Source of the DNA: an uncultured Thermoleophilia bacterium
GTDB taxonomy: Bacteria; Actinomycetota; Thermoleophilia; UBA2241
Reading direction: 5' to 3'
DNA: 64,000 bases
NCBI GenBank assembly: GCA_963702475.1
Contig: CAVPCT010000003.1
Location: forward strand, 224,001 to 288,000
The notes beneath the pieces were generated by a model, which had not been told where the DNA came from, did no database searches, and was given only the letters and a program-made list of their open reading frames with translations. The stretch's first letter is position 1. Each line of letters opens with the position of its first letter. This document shows positions 1 through 10,529 of this stretch, piece after piece. The position numbers and the translations under genes were made by a program.

Positions 1-1998
1 GGCGGCGCAGTGGACACCGGCTGGTTCAGCTACGCGCCGCTCACCCTGAAGGCGTACTCACCGCACGACGGCGTGACCTTCTGGGTGGTCTCGCTGGTCG
101 TGCTGGGCGGCTCGTCCATCCTGGGCGCGATCAACTTCATCGTCACCTGCCTGCGCTTCCGCGCCAGAGGGATGCGGCTACGGGACATGCCCATCTTCAG
201 CATCGCCACGTTCATCAACTCGTTCCTGATCCTCTTCGCCTTCCCCAGCCTGTCGGCGGCCATCGCCCTGCTCTACTTCGACCGGGTGTTCGGCACGAGC
301 TTCTTCGACCCCGCCGGGGGCGGCGATCCCATCATCTGGCAGCACCTGTTCTGGTTCTTCGGCCACCCCGAGGTGTACATCCTCGTGCTGCCGGCCTTCG
401 GCGTGATGAGCGAGGTGGTGCCGATCTACTCGCGCAAGCAGCTGTTCGGGCGCGAGTCCATGATCATCATGCTGGCCGTGATCGGGTTCCTGGGCTTCAT
501 GGTGTGGGCGCACCACATGTTCGCGGCCGGCCTGCCCACGTACTTCAACGTCATCATGGCCGGCACCAGCATGCTCATCGCCATCCCCACGGGCGTGAAG
601 ATCTTCAACTGGCTGGCGACCATGTGGGGCGGGTCGCTGCGCTTTCAGACCCCGCTGCTCTTCGCCTGCGGACTGATCGCCCTGTTCACGGTGGGCGGCA
701 TCACCGGCGTCACCCTGGCCGTGGTGCCGTTCGACTGGCAGGTCACCGATACGTACTACGTGGTGGGTCACTTCCACAACGTGCTCTTCGCCGGCACGGT
801 GTTCGCGTTGTTCGCCGGCATCTACTACTGGTTCCCCAAGATGTTCGGCCGCAAGATGGACGACCGTCTGGGCAAGTGGCACTTCTGGCTGATCGCCATC
901 GGCTTTCTCGTCACGTTCATGCCCATGTACATCCTCGGCTTTCTCGGCATGCCGCGCCGCGTGTACACCTACGCGTCGGACGTGGGCTGGAACGACCTGA
1001 ACATGGTCTCGTCCGTCGGCGGCTGGGTGATCGCCGTGTCGATCCTCATCTTCCTGTACAACTTCCTGAAGAGCATGCGCTCCGGCGAGGTGGCCGGCGA
1101 GAACCCATGGCGCGCCTGGACGCTGGAGTGGGCCACCACCTCGCCGCCGCCGCACGGCAACTTCACCACCCTGCCGGTGGTCCACGGCGACAGGCCGTTG
1201 TACGACCTGGAGCGGGAGCGGGCGGCGGAGGCCGATGGCGGGCCGGCGCCGGACGTGTACATGCTGCCGCCGGAGCCCCTGCAGACCTCGGCGGCACCCT
1301 TCTGGCTTGCTTTGGCCATCCTCGTCATGGCCGTCGGGCTGCTCACCAACTGGGTGGTGTTCGCCATCGGCGCGGCGTTCCTGCTGGTGGTGCTGGCTGT
1401 GTGGATGTCGGCCTCATGGACGGAGCCCGAACTGGAGGACGCGGACGGGCATCGCTTCTCCTTCGTCGGCGCCGGCACGCTGGCGTTCATCGGCTCCGAG
1501 TCGGTGTTCTTCGCCTCGATCATCGCCGCGGCGGTGCACCTGCGCATCCACAACCACACGCTCGGCGAGCAGACCTTCGACGCCGTGTTTCCCGCCATCA
1601 ACACGATCGTCCTGTTCGTCAGCGGCGTGACGGCGCACTACATGCAGACGGCGTATCGTAGGCGCAGGTCCGGCACCTTCTTCCTGCTGCTCGTGCTCAC
1701 TCTGGTCCTGGGTGCCGCGTTCCTCGGCGGCCAGGCCTACGAGTACGCTCACCTGGGGCTCGGCCTGACGGAGAACCTGGCCGTGTCCAGTTTCTTCGTG
1801 ATGACCGGCTTCCACGGCTTCCACGTGCTCTGCGGTCTCGTGGTGCTGCTGTACCTGCTCGTGCGCGCCGCCCGCGAGCGCCGCGTGCGCACCGGCGGCT
1901 CGCCGAGAACCGCCGCCCTGGTGGACTCGGGCACCTACTACTGGCACTTCGTGGACGCCGTGTGGGTGGCCGTGTTCGTCGTCGTGTACCTGCTGTAG
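1..1998 (+). CDS. Heme-copper (cytochrome c) oxidase subunit I fused to subunit III; 5' end lies outside the window
   Basis: WFFGHPEVY, WAHHMF, GHFH and GMPRR motifs of subunit I, followed in the same ORF by subunit III motifs TGFHGFHV and YWHFVD. Confidence 0.93.
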   Translation, partial: GGAVDTGWFSYAPLTLKAYSPHDGVTFWVVSLVVLGGSSILGAINFIVTCLRFRARGMRLRDMPIFSIATFINSFLILFAFPSLSAAIALLYFDRVFGTSFFDPAGGGDPIIWQHLFWFFGHPEVYILVLPAFGVMSEVVPIYSRKQLFGRESMIIMLAVIGFLGFMVWAHHMFAAGLPTYFNVIMAGTSMLIAIPTGVKIFNWLATMWGGSLRFQTPLLFACGLIALFTVGGITGVTLAVVPFDWQVTDTYYVVGHFHNVLFAGTVFALFAGIYYWFPKMFGRKMDDRLGKWHFWLIAIGFLVTFMPMYILGFLGMPRRVYTYASDVGWNDLNMVSSVGGWVIAVSILIFLYNFLKSMRSGEVAGENPWRAWTLEWATTSPPPHGNFTTLPVVHGDRPLYDLERERAAEADGGPAPDVYMLPPEPLQTSAAPFWLALAILVMAVGLLTNWVVFAIGAAFLLVVLAVWMSASWTEPELEDADGHRFSFVGAGTLAFIGSESVFFASIIAAAVHLRIHNHTLGEQTFDAVFPAINTIVLFVSGVTAHYMQTAYRRRRSGTFFLLLVLTLVLGAAFLGGQAYEYAHLGLGLTENLAVSSFFVMTGFHGFHVLCGLVVLLYLLVRAARERRVRTGGSPRTAALVDSGTYYWHFVDAVWVAVFVVVYLL

Positions 1999-2008
1999 GA
2001 GGCCCCGC

Positions 2009-3670
2009 GTGAGGCGCGTGGTGTGGTCTCTGCTGCTTGGGCTCGTTCTGGCCGTCGTCCTGGCGGCGGCATCGGCGTGCGCCACCCCGGCCGCCTGGGC
2101 GCACGCCGGGCTCACGGCCTCCGACCCGGCTGCGGGCTCGTCGGTGGCCGAGTCGCCGGCGACGATCGTCATGTCGTTCGCCGAGCAGCCCGACGCCTCG
2201 CTCTCGCTGGTGAAGGTGCTGGACTCGTCCGGTCGCGAGGTGCCGGGCGTGTCGGAGCCGGAGCTCGTGCTCGGCAGGCCGGGCGACCTCCAGGTGTCCC
2301 TCGCCAAGGAGCTCTCCGAGGGGGTCTACACCGTGAACTGGCGCTCCGTCTCGACCGTGGACGGCCACATCGAGACCGGCGCCTTCGCCTTCGGCATCGG
2401 CGTCGAGCCCACGCCGGGCAGCGAGAGGACGGTCGAGCTGCTGAACACCTCGCCCTGGGCGAGCGGCCTGGGGGTAGCGGGCCGCTGGCTGCTGTACGCC
2501 GGCCTCGTGCTGCTGGTCGGAGCCGCCTCCACCTGCCTCTTCGTGCTGGCCGGCAGGGTTCCGCGCGGCGGCGTCTCGCTCTCGCGCTGGGCGCTCGTGA
2601 CCGCGGCCGTCGGCCTCGCCCTTATGGCGTGGTCGCAGCGCGACCTGGTGGGCGCGCCGTCGCTGCTGCCGCTGTTCCAGACCCCGCAGGGCCAGTGGCT
2701 GCTGTGGCTGGGCCTGGCCCTGGTCGTGTGTCTTGTGGCGGCGGTCGCGGTGGACCTCTACCCCGGACGCGCGACCCTGTGGGTGCTGGGCGCGGCCGCG
2801 GCCTCCGCGGTGTTCGTGCACGTCGTGGCCGGTCACGCGGCCGGCCCTTCGAGCCTGCGGGCGCTCAACGTGCTCGTCCAGGGGGTGCACATGTCTGCCA
2901 TAGGCGTGTGGCTCGGTGGCCTCGTCTGGCTGCTCCTGGGCATCCGCGGGATGCACCGGAGCGAGCGTGCCGGCGCGGTGCGCGGCTTCTCGCGGGTAGC
3001 CACGATCACCCTGGTGGTGGTGCTCGTGACCGGCGTGGCGCGCGGACTCGTGGAGGTCGGATCGCCGGCGGCGCTGTTCGCTACCGGCTACGGGATCACC
3101 CTCGTCGTGAAGGTCGGTCTCGTGGCGGTGCTCGTCGCACTCGGCGCCCTCAATCACTTCCGTCTGGTGCCGGCGCTACCCGACCGCGACGGTGCGGCGC
3201 GCTCCTTCCGCTTCAACTCCGGCGGCGAGCTGGCAGTCGCCGCCGGGGTCCTGCTCGCGACGGCAGTGCTGACCGGGCTGGCGCCCGCCTCGGGCGTCGC
3301 CTCGTCCACCGGGCTGGCGCCGGCCGCCACAGGCGTCACGGCCGCGGGCAACGACTACGCCACCACGATGCGCGTGACGCTGAACGTGACGCCGGGCAAG
3401 GCCGGGGCGAACGAGTACACGGCAAAGCTGGCCGACTACGACACCGGCCGGCCGCCGGACAAGGTCAGGGCCGTCACGCTGGAGCTCTCACTGCCGGACA
3501 AGCCGGGGCTGGGGACGTCGCGGGTCGAGTTGAAGGAGACGGGCGCGGGCGTCTGGTCCGCCTCCGGCATGGAACTGGCGGTCGCCGGCACCTGGGAGGT
3601 GACGGTGGTGGTCCAGCTGACCAGCGGCGGCGTGAGCGTGCCGCTGGAGGTACGGATCGGCGCTCCCTGA
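2009..3670 (+). CDS. CopC/CopD copper-resistance fusion with extra C-terminal soluble domain
   Basis: Signal peptide AWA-HAGLTASDP; CopC motif YTVNWRSVSTVDGH; multi-TM CopD part (GHA, H..A.GVWLGG, YG..L..K). Confidence 0.88.
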   Translation: MRRVVWSLLLGLVLAVVLAAASACATPAAWAHAGLTASDPAAGSSVAESPATIVMSFAEQPDASLSLVKVLDSSGREVPGVSEPELVLGRPGDLQVSLAKELSEGVYTVNWRSVSTVDGHIETGAFAFGIGVEPTPGSERTVELLNTSPWASGLGVAGRWLLYAGLVLLVGAASTCLFVLAGRVPRGGVSLSRWALVTAAVGLALMAWSQRDLVGAPSLLPLFQTPQGQWLLWLGLALVVCLVAAVAVDLYPGRATLWVLGAAAASAVFVHVVAGHAAGPSSLRALNVLVQGVHMSAIGVWLGGLVWLLLGIRGMHRSERAGAVRGFSRVATITLVVVLVTGVARGLVEVGSPAALFATGYGITLVVKVGLVAVLVALGALNHFRLVPALPDRDGAARSFRFNSGGELAVAAGVLLATAVLTGLAPASGVASSTGLAPAATGVTAAGNDYATTMRVTLNVTPGKAGANEYTAKLADYDTGRPPDKVRAVTLELSLPDKPGLGTSRVELKETGAGVWSASGMELAVAGTWEVTVVVQLTSGGVSVPLEVRIGAP

Positions 3671-3805
3671 TCTGTCCTGCCGCGAGCGCGGCTGCGCCGG
3701 CCGGCGGCCTGTCGTCCTGCGGCCGGGCAGTTTTGGCCGCACCCGGCCGGGGCAGGTTTGTGCCAGTCTGTGTGGAGTGCGCAAGTCGATCCGGGAGGAG
3801 TTGCC

Positions 3806-4453
3806 ATGAACGTGCGTGCCGTCCTGCTGACCGTGGCCGCGTGCCTTACCGCCCTGGTGGTCGTCGTGCCGGCCCTCGCCCACGAGACCAACGAGGTCGG
3901 GGAGCTTGCGTTGGAGATCGGGTGGGGCGTGGAACCGGCCTACGTGGGACAGCTGAACAGCGTGCAGCTCATCGTCACCCACAAGGCCGACGGCGGCCCG
4001 GTCGAAGACGCGGGCGCCGACCTCGAGGCGACCGTCACGTACGGCGACGAGGAAGTCGTTGTGACACTGGCGCCCAACTTCCAGGAGCGCGCGGGCGAGT
4101 ACAGGGCGTTGCTGATCCCCACCGCTCCCGGCGACTACACGTTCAGGATCAGAGGGACGGTCGAGGGCCAGAAGGTCGACGAGAAGGTGTCGAGCTCGCC
4201 GGACACGTTCTCGCCGGTGGAGGCCGCCGCCGCGGTGCAGTTCCCCGTCAAGGAGCCCTCCACGGCCGAGATCGCCGTCCGGCTGGACGCCGAGATCGCC
4301 AGGGTCGCCGGCCAGGGCGCCGAGGTCGACAGCGGGCCGTCGCAGAGCGCCGTTGACAGCGCCCGCACAATGGGTCTGGTCGGTATCGCCGTGGGGGCGG
4401 TGGGCATCGTGCTCGCCGTGGTCGCGCTGCTGGTGCGGCGCCCGACCGCCTGA
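3806..4453 (+). CDS. Exported protein with N-terminal His after signal peptide and C-terminal TM anchor, possibly copper-related
   Basis: GGAGGAG RBS; ALA-HE cleavage site; C-terminal TM followed by RR; lies downstream of copCD. Confidence 0.7.
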   Translation: MNVRAVLLTVAACLTALVVVVPALAHETNEVGELALEIGWGVEPAYVGQLNSVQLIVTHKADGGPVEDAGADLEATVTYGDEEVVVTLAPNFQERAGEYRALLIPTAPGDYTFRIRGTVEGQKVDEKVSSSPDTFSPVEAAAAVQFPVKEPSTAEIAVRLDAEIARVAGQGAEVDSGPSQSAVDSARTMGLVGIAVGAVGIVLAVVALLVRRPTA

Positions 4454-4650
4454 CGGCCGCCGGCGCGGCCGGGAGCGACCTACCGCGGTAGCGCCGAGCT
4501 TCCGGGGCCGCGCCGTTGGACCTGGTCCATACTGGTACGTGGGGGCAGACTGGTCAGGGGGCGAGGTGACCGAACGTGCGGGTGGACGAGGCGCGGTCCG
4601 GGGTGGCGGTTGTGCCAAGAAGTGAGTGCGCGCATACTCGAAATCCTGTG

Positions 4651-5763
4651 ATGCGCGCTTTCTCCGCCACTCGCCTTCTCACCTCCAGACACTGGCGCTG
4701 GATCTTCGTCGCTGCCCTGCTGTCGGCGCTGATGCTCACCCTCGTGGGGCGCGGCGAGCTCAGGCCCATGGTCGCGGCGGTCGTGGGCGCCGACTGGCGC
4801 TGGGTGGTGGCGGCACTCGGCCTGATGCTCGTCTCCCTCGTCCTGCGGAGCCTCGCTCTCACGCTCGTCGGCCGGGCCTGCGAGGCGCAGCCTCGGCTGC
4901 GCGACTCGTTCTCGTCGACCAGCATCGGGCTGCTGGCCAACGCCGTGGCGCCGGTGCGCATCGGGGCCCTGCTGAATCCCTACGTGCTGTTCCTGCTGCT
5001 GCGGCGGCGCGGCGTGCGCGTGCCCTTCGCGACCACACTGGGGATGACGGTGACCGAGCAGCTGTTCTCGGCGGGGACGTTCGTCCTGCTGGGTCTGGCT
5101 TGCGTCCCGCTTCTGGCGGCGCCGGCCTGGGCCGAGTCGGCGCTCGTCGCGTGCGCCGTCGGGCTCGGCCTGCTGTTCGCGGCGGCGACGCTGGTCCAGG
5201 TGCGGCGCGAGCGACGGCGAGCGGCGGGCCTGCCGGGAGCCACCTCCGCCTTCGCGGCCGGCCACCACCTGCGCGGCTGGCGCCGCACCCTGGTGGCCGC
5301 GCTGCCGCACTTCGCCGACGCGCAGAGGGTGCTGGCGCGCCCGTGGCTGGCGCTGCTCGTCGGCGCCGTCCAGGCGGGTGCCTGGGCCATCCAGCTCGCC
5401 GCGGCGGTGGCGGTGTTGCACGCCGTCCACATCGGCGATGCCGGCTGGGCCGGAGCGGCCCTCGTGCTGTTGCTCACCAACCTCATCGGCATCCTGCCGC
5501 TCACGCCGGGCAACGTGGGCACCTTCCAGGTCGCGGCGACGGCGGCGCTGGCCGCCGCGGGCGTCCCGGCAGGCCCGGCCCTGGCCTTCGCGCTCGGTCT
5601 GCAGGCGCTCCAGCTCCTGGTGGGCGTGAGCGCCGGCCTTGCGTCACTCAGCCTGCAGGGCCTCAGCTACTCCGAGTTGGCCGGCAAGACGCGGGAGGCG
5701 GCCGACCTGTGGCGCCGCGGCGCCGCGCCGCCTGCGCCGGCCGAGCCTCAGACCGGCGCCTGA
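4651..5763 (+). CDS. Lysylphosphatidylglycerol-synthase TM / flippase-like membrane protein
   Basis: Polytopic; motifs NAVAPVRIG and PLTPGNVG. Confidence 0.75.
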   Translation: MRAFSATRLLTSRHWRWIFVAALLSALMLTLVGRGELRPMVAAVVGADWRWVVAALGLMLVSLVLRSLALTLVGRACEAQPRLRDSFSSTSIGLLANAVAPVRIGALLNPYVLFLLLRRRGVRVPFATTLGMTVTEQLFSAGTFVLLGLACVPLLAAPAWAESALVACAVGLGLLFAAATLVQVRRERRRAAGLPGATSAFAAGHHLRGWRRTLVAALPHFADAQRVLARPWLALLVGAVQAGAWAIQLAAAVAVLHAVHIGDAGWAGAALVLLLTNLIGILPLTPGNVGTFQVAATAALAAAGVPAGPALAFALGLQALQLLVGVSAGLASLSLQGLSYSELAGKTREAADLWRRGAAPPAPAEPQTGA

Positions 5764-5835
5764 CGCCGGCACGCGCCGGGCGGAGCGCCGGCAGGTCCGC
5801 ACGGCCGCGGGCCGGACTTCAGCCGCGCGGCCGCG

Positions 5836-6612
5836 TCAGCAGCCGCTGAAGTTGCAGACGGGGATCCTGGCGCAGGTCTCGCAGGGCACTTCGGCGCCGG
5901 CGGCGCGTGAGCCGGCCGGGGCTTGAGCCCCGGACTCACTCGCGCCGTCACGGGCCGCGTCCGCACCATCTTCCCGGCGCTTCGCGCCCACCCCGATGGC
6001 GAACGTGACGGATGTCACCGGGCGGACGATCGCGTACTCGTCGAGCCACAGCGTCCCGCCGCCCGCCTCGTGCGCCCCGTCCTGCCCCAGCAGGGCGAAG
6101 ATCTGCCGCTGGGCCTCCTCGTTCGGCCAGATCGCGGACCCGGGCCAGCACAGCACCCCGCACTCGCCGGCCTCGCTGGCCGGCAGGGAGATGCTCCTGC
6201 AGGCCTGCACCGCGAGGTCCTCGGCGGCGGCGGCGCCCACGCCCTGCATGCCGAGGGCGAGTAGCGGGTCGCCCGCCTCGGCGACCTCCACGGCGTGGTC
6301 GAGCAGATCGTCGCCCACCGTCGCGCCCACCACGATGAGGCGCTCGGCGCCGGCGAGGCGTGCGGCGACAGCCTCGCCGCAGCGGAACTCGCCGCCCTCG
6401 AGCACGAGGCCGTCCGGCTCGTGCCGCACCACCCGGTACTCACGTGAGACGACGCGCGGCCGCAGCAGGCCGCGTCCCTTCTCCATGGCCTCCTCCGCGG
6501 CCGCGACGATGCGCGGCGAGCGCGCCTTCACCGGCTCGGGGTCCATGCCCTGCCCGCGCAGTACCGTGTCTACCTGCAGGCCTATCGTCCAGTCCGTGTC
6601 GTCGTTGGCCAT
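5836..6612 (-). CDS. Methionine-synthase B12 activation-domain-like protein
   Basis: Pattern G..VA..LAGAE.L.V.GATVG, EAQRQIFALL, P..S.TFAIG and C-terminal CETC...CNF. Confidence 0.6.
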   Translation of the reverse strand: MANDDTDWTIGLQVDTVLRGQGMDPEPVKARSPRIVAAAEEAMEKGRGLLRPRVVSREYRVVRHEPDGLVLEGGEFRCGEAVAARLAGAERLIVVGATVGDDLLDHAVEVAEAGDPLLALGMQGVGAAAAEDLAVQACRSISLPASEAGECGVLCWPGSAIWPNEEAQRQIFALLGQDGAHEAGGGTLWLDEYAIVRPVTSVTFAIGVGAKRREDGADAARDGASESGAQAPAGSRAAGAEVPCETCARIPVCNFSGC

Positions 6613-6757
6613 CGTCACCATCTCCCGCTCGTGCCGCATACCGGCGGCCATGGTCCATCACTGAGGTGCACAGGTCATTCCCGCTCGCGACCGCGTGGTC
6701 ACCCCGGGCGGATCTGATCGCCGCCGGACGGGGCCGGGCGCCCACGAGGACCGGAGT

Positions 6758-8617
6758 CTACTCCCTGAGGGGAGGCGCCGGCATCTCCTCGGGGTCGGAA
6801 GAGTCGTCCACGTCGCCGTAGTCGTCGATCCAGCGCACCGGGTCCCGGCCGACGCTCGTGAGGTACTCGCTCACGGCGTGGTCGAGGGTGGAGAAGAAGT
6901 TGTGGCCGCCGATCTGCTGCTCCAGCCCGTACCGGCGCAGGCGGTCGCGTACCGGGCCTTTGAACTCGGCGAAGCCGACGCTCGTGCCGACGGCTCCGAG
7001 GTCCTCCAGCAGGTCCTTGAGGACGTCGACGCCTGTGGTGTCGACGTCGGTGATGGGCTCGCCGCTGATGATGACGTGGTGCACCGGCTCGCCGCGTTCG
7101 GCCACGTGCCTTTTGACCTCGCGCGCGAAGTGCTCGGCGTTGGCGAAGAAGAGCGGTGCGTCGAAGCGGTACAGCACCACGCCCGGGATCTGGCGGGCCT
7201 CCGGGTGGCGCTCGACGTCGTGGTAGCCGTGGCGGCCCTTGACGCGACCGAGGGTCGCGTCGTACGGCCGCCACAACCGGTGCAGGAACGCGAGGACCGA
7301 CAGCACGATGGCGATGACGATGCCCTGCAGCACGCCGACGAGGGCGACCCCGGCGAGCGCCGCCAGGCACAGTACGAACTCCGTGCGGCGCACCTTCCAC
7401 AGCCAGCGCATCGCCCCGAGGTCGAACAGCGAGGTGCCGGCGACGATGACGATGGCGGCCAGAGACGCCTGCGGCAGGTCGGTGGTCAGGCCCCCGGCGA
7501 AGAGCAGCAGGACCACGATGGCGGCGGCGCCGACGACGCCGACGAGCTGGCTGCGGCCCCCGGCCGCCTCGGCGACCGCGGTGCGCGAGCTGCTGGCGCT
7601 CACCGGGAAGCCCTGGAAGAACGCGGCGGCGATGTTGGCCGCGCCCAGGGCGACGATCTCCTGGCTTGGGTCGACCTCCTGATCGTACTTGATGGCGAAC
7701 GTGCGCGAGAGTGCGGACGTGTCGGCGAGCGTGATGAAGGCCATGCCGACGGCGGCGAGCACCAGCTCGGGGATATCGCCCAGGGGAAAGGTGGGGAGGG
7801 CCGGTGTGGGGAACCCGCTGGGCACCGGCCCGACCACCGCCACGCCGTAGGCCGTCAACCCGAGCGCGGCGACCGCCACGGTCCCTCCGACGAACGCGAA
7901 CAACACCGCGGGGACCCTCGGCTTCCAAAGCCGGAAGGCGAACAGCATGATGAGGCAGGCGGCGCCGATGGCGAAGGCGTACCAGTTGGTCTCGCCGGCG
8001 GCCACTCCCTGCGCGAAGTCCACGAGCTTGCCTTGGGTGCTGTCGGCCTCCACGCTGAACCCGAAGAGCTTGGGCAGCTGGCTCACCACCACGACGACGG
8101 CGATGCCGTTGAGGTAGCCCACGCGCAGGGGCTTGGAGAGGAACTCGGTGACGATCCCGAGGCGGGCGAAGCCGGCGACGAGGCAGATGAGACCCATGAG
8201 GAGGGCCAGGGCGGATGCCAGCGCGACCGCCTTGGCGGGATCGCCGCCGGCCCCGACGAGGGGCAGTACGGCGGCCAGGATCATCGGCGCGAGCGCCGAG
8301 TCGGGGCCGAGCACCAGGATGCGGGAGGGTCCGAACACGGCGTAGGCGAGCAGGGCGAGGACGGTGGTGTAGAGGCCGGTCACCGCAGGCAGACCGGCCA
8401 GCTCGGCGTACGCCATGCCCTGCGGCACCAGCAGCGCCGTCACCGCCAGTCCGGCGACGAGGTCGCCGCGGAGCTGGCGGCGCTTGTACGTGCGCGCCAC
8501 CGCGAGGCCGGGCAGCCAGCGCGCGAGGCCCGAGGGGCGCCGCGGCAGGAGCCTCGCGGCGGCCGACGGCGGGGGTGTGGCCGGCGTGGGAGGCTGGGAC
8601 GCGGGAGGCGCGCTCAT
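6758..8617 (-). CDS. SulP/SLC26 anion permease with STAS domain
   Basis: PQGMAYAELAGLP..GLY and SASSSRT motifs; STAS LYRFDAPLFFANA and DVDTTG. Confidence 0.93.
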   Translation of the reverse strand: MSAPPASQPPTPATPPPSAAARLLPRRPSGLARWLPGLAVARTYKRRQLRGDLVAGLAVTALLVPQGMAYAELAGLPAVTGLYTTVLALLAYAVFGPSRILVLGPDSALAPMILAAVLPLVGAGGDPAKAVALASALALLMGLICLVAGFARLGIVTEFLSKPLRVGYLNGIAVVVVVSQLPKLFGFSVEADSTQGKLVDFAQGVAAGETNWYAFAIGAACLIMLFAFRLWKPRVPAVLFAFVGGTVAVAALGLTAYGVAVVGPVPSGFPTPALPTFPLGDIPELVLAAVGMAFITLADTSALSRTFAIKYDQEVDPSQEIVALGAANIAAAFFQGFPVSASSSRTAVAEAAGGRSQLVGVVGAAAIVVLLLFAGGLTTDLPQASLAAIVIVAGTSLFDLGAMRWLWKVRRTEFVLCLAALAGVALVGVLQGIVIAIVLSVLAFLHRLWRPYDATLGRVKGRHGYHDVERHPEARQIPGVVLYRFDAPLFFANAEHFAREVKRHVAERGEPVHHVIISGEPITDVDTTGVDVLKDLLEDLGAVGTSVGFAEFKGPVRDRLRRYGLEQQIGGHNFFSTLDHAVSEYLTSVGRDPVRWIDDYGDVDDSSDPEEMPAPPLRE

Positions 8618-8684
8618 GATGTGCGCATCCTATCCCGGCCGGGCGCGCGCGGGGAGGACGTACGCTCGCGCCGCCGCGGGAGCG

Positions 8685-9299
8685 TCAGATAGCGAACAGG
8701 TCCAACAGGTCCTGCGGCTCGTGCGCGAGCCGGTCCGGGTCCACTCGCCCGAGCCGCTCCGGTCCGTGCCAGCCCCAGGCCGCTCCGACGGTGCGCACGC
8801 CGGCCTCGCGCGCCTCGATGATGTCGCCCGCGGTGTCGCCTACATACCAGGCGGGTCGCTCGGGGCCGAAACGGCCGCGAGCGGCCTTGATGCGCCGCGT
8901 CTTGCTGACATCCCTGTCGGAGCCGATCACCTCCGCCACGGCGGTGACGCCGTGCTCCTTGAGGACGCGCTCCACGAAGCCGGTGCGGCTTGAGGTGATG
9001 ACGACGACGGTGTGCTTCTCCGCGAGGTGCTCCATGACCGCTGCCATGCCCGCGAAGAGCTTCGGGCTGGGAAGCTCGCCTATGGAGTCGTCGACCTGCC
9101 CGGCCACGTTCCGCGGCACGCCGGCGGCCGCCAGCGCGGCGAACCAGTTGCCGTCGAGTAGGTCGAGGAACTGCTCGGGCGACGCGAGGTGGTGGAACCC
9201 GTGCTCCTCCATGGTGTCGACGAAGGCTCCGCTCTGGCCGTCAAGGGAGTCGGCGATGACGCCGTCGAAGTCGAACATGAGGAGGTGAGGCTCGGACAT
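8685..9299 (-). CDS. HAD-family hydrolase
   Basis: FDFDGVIADS motif I; YVGDTAGDI motif; GAAWGWH. Confidence 0.88.
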   Translation of the reverse strand: MSEPHLLMFDFDGVIADSLDGQSGAFVDTMEEHGFHHLASPEQFLDLLDGNWFAALAAAGVPRNVAGQVDDSIGELPSPKLFAGMAAVMEHLAEKHTVVVITSSRTGFVERVLKEHGVTAVAEVIGSDRDVSKTRRIKAARGRFGPERPAWYVGDTAGDIIEAREAGVRTVGAAWGWHGPERLGRVDPDRLAHEPQDLLDLFAI

Positions 9300-9391
9300 C
9301 CGCGACACGGTACCGCCACCGCGCCGGTGCAGGCAACCGGAGCGGCGGCCGGCCGTGCGTGGAGTGCCGCGTCGCGGGTACTATCGTCGCC

Positions 9392-10399
9392 ATGAACGGC
9401 GACAGTCCACCCGGTCCACAGTCCGGTGGCGCCGGCGACCGACGGTCGGTCGTCGGCGACGACGGCCTGCGGGCCACCATGGATGCCATGCTCGACCCGC
9501 ACGTGGTCTTCGTGGCCGTGCGGGACGACTCCGGCGCCATCATCGACTTCCGCTACGCGGACGCCAACGCCGCGGCTTGCGCGTACGACCGCCTGTCGCG
9601 CCGGGACCTCGTCGGGGGCCGGCTGTTGCAGCGTCTGCCGGGCGTGCGCCCCTCCGGGCTGTTCGCGGCGTACTGCCGTGTGGTCGAGACCGGAGAGCCG
9701 CTCGTGCTCGACGGGGTGACGTACGAGTCGGACCTGTTCGGCGACGAGCAGCTGTTCTACGACCTTCGCGGCGCCAAGGTGGGCGACGGGCTGTCTCTCA
9801 CGTGGCGCGACGTCACCGACAGGCACCTCGCGTCCGAGTCCCTGCGGGCCCAGCGCGACCTCGCCGTCGCGCTCAGCGGCGCCGGCGACCTCGCGGAGGC
9901 GCTCCAGCTCATCATGGAGGCGGCACTCGGGCTCGACGGCGTGGACGCAGGGGGCGCCTACCTGGTGGACCCCGAGAGCGGTGACCTGCGACTCGCGGCG
10001 CATGCCGGGCTCTCCCCCGGGTTCGTCGGCGAGGTGTCGCGGTTCAGCGCGGCGGCCAAGCAGGCGCGGATCGCGAAGGCAGGCGTCTCGATCTTCGCGT
10101 CACGGCGTGACCTGCTCCGTGAACCGGGCACGCGTCGCGAGGTCGAGGAGGGGTTGCGTGCTCTCGCGGCTCTCCCAGTACGCCACGAAGGCATGGTCAT
10201 CGCCGTCGTGAATCTGGCGTCGCGCTCCGCGGACGAGTTCACCCGGCAGCAGAGCAGCCTCATGGAGACGCTCGCCGCCCAGGTCGGCGGGGTCGTTGGC
10301 CGGCTGCGTGGCGAGGCGCAGCTGCGCGAGGAGCTCGCGCGGCTGCGGGCACGGGTGGCGGTCGGGGACGCGGCTGAGCCTGCGGCCGGCCGCGCGTAG
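9392..10399 (+). CDS. PAS + GAF domain protein with no output domain
   Basis: PAS (IIDFRYADANAAA...TWRDVTDR) then GAF (LRLAAHAGLS, ALPVRHEGMVIAVVNL), then a short coiled tail. Confidence 0.75.
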   Translation: MNGDSPPGPQSGGAGDRRSVVGDDGLRATMDAMLDPHVVFVAVRDDSGAIIDFRYADANAAACAYDRLSRRDLVGGRLLQRLPGVRPSGLFAAYCRVVETGEPLVLDGVTYESDLFGDEQLFYDLRGAKVGDGLSLTWRDVTDRHLASESLRAQRDLAVALSGAGDLAEALQLIMEAALGLDGVDAGGAYLVDPESGDLRLAAHAGLSPGFVGEVSRFSAAAKQARIAKAGVSIFASRRDLLREPGTRREVEEGLRALAALPVRHEGMVIAVVNLASRSADEFTRQQSSLMETLAAQVGGVVGRLRGEAQLREELARLRARVAVGDAAEPAAGRA

Positions 10400-10529
10400 C
10401 CACGCCGGCTCGTCGCCTGACCGGAGCGGACGGCTCGGCCCGGACGACGAGAGGGCCGGCGGCGGGAGCGCGCGCAAGGACTCCCACCGCCGGCCCCACG
10501 CAGGCACGGGCCGGCGTGGTCGCCTCGGT

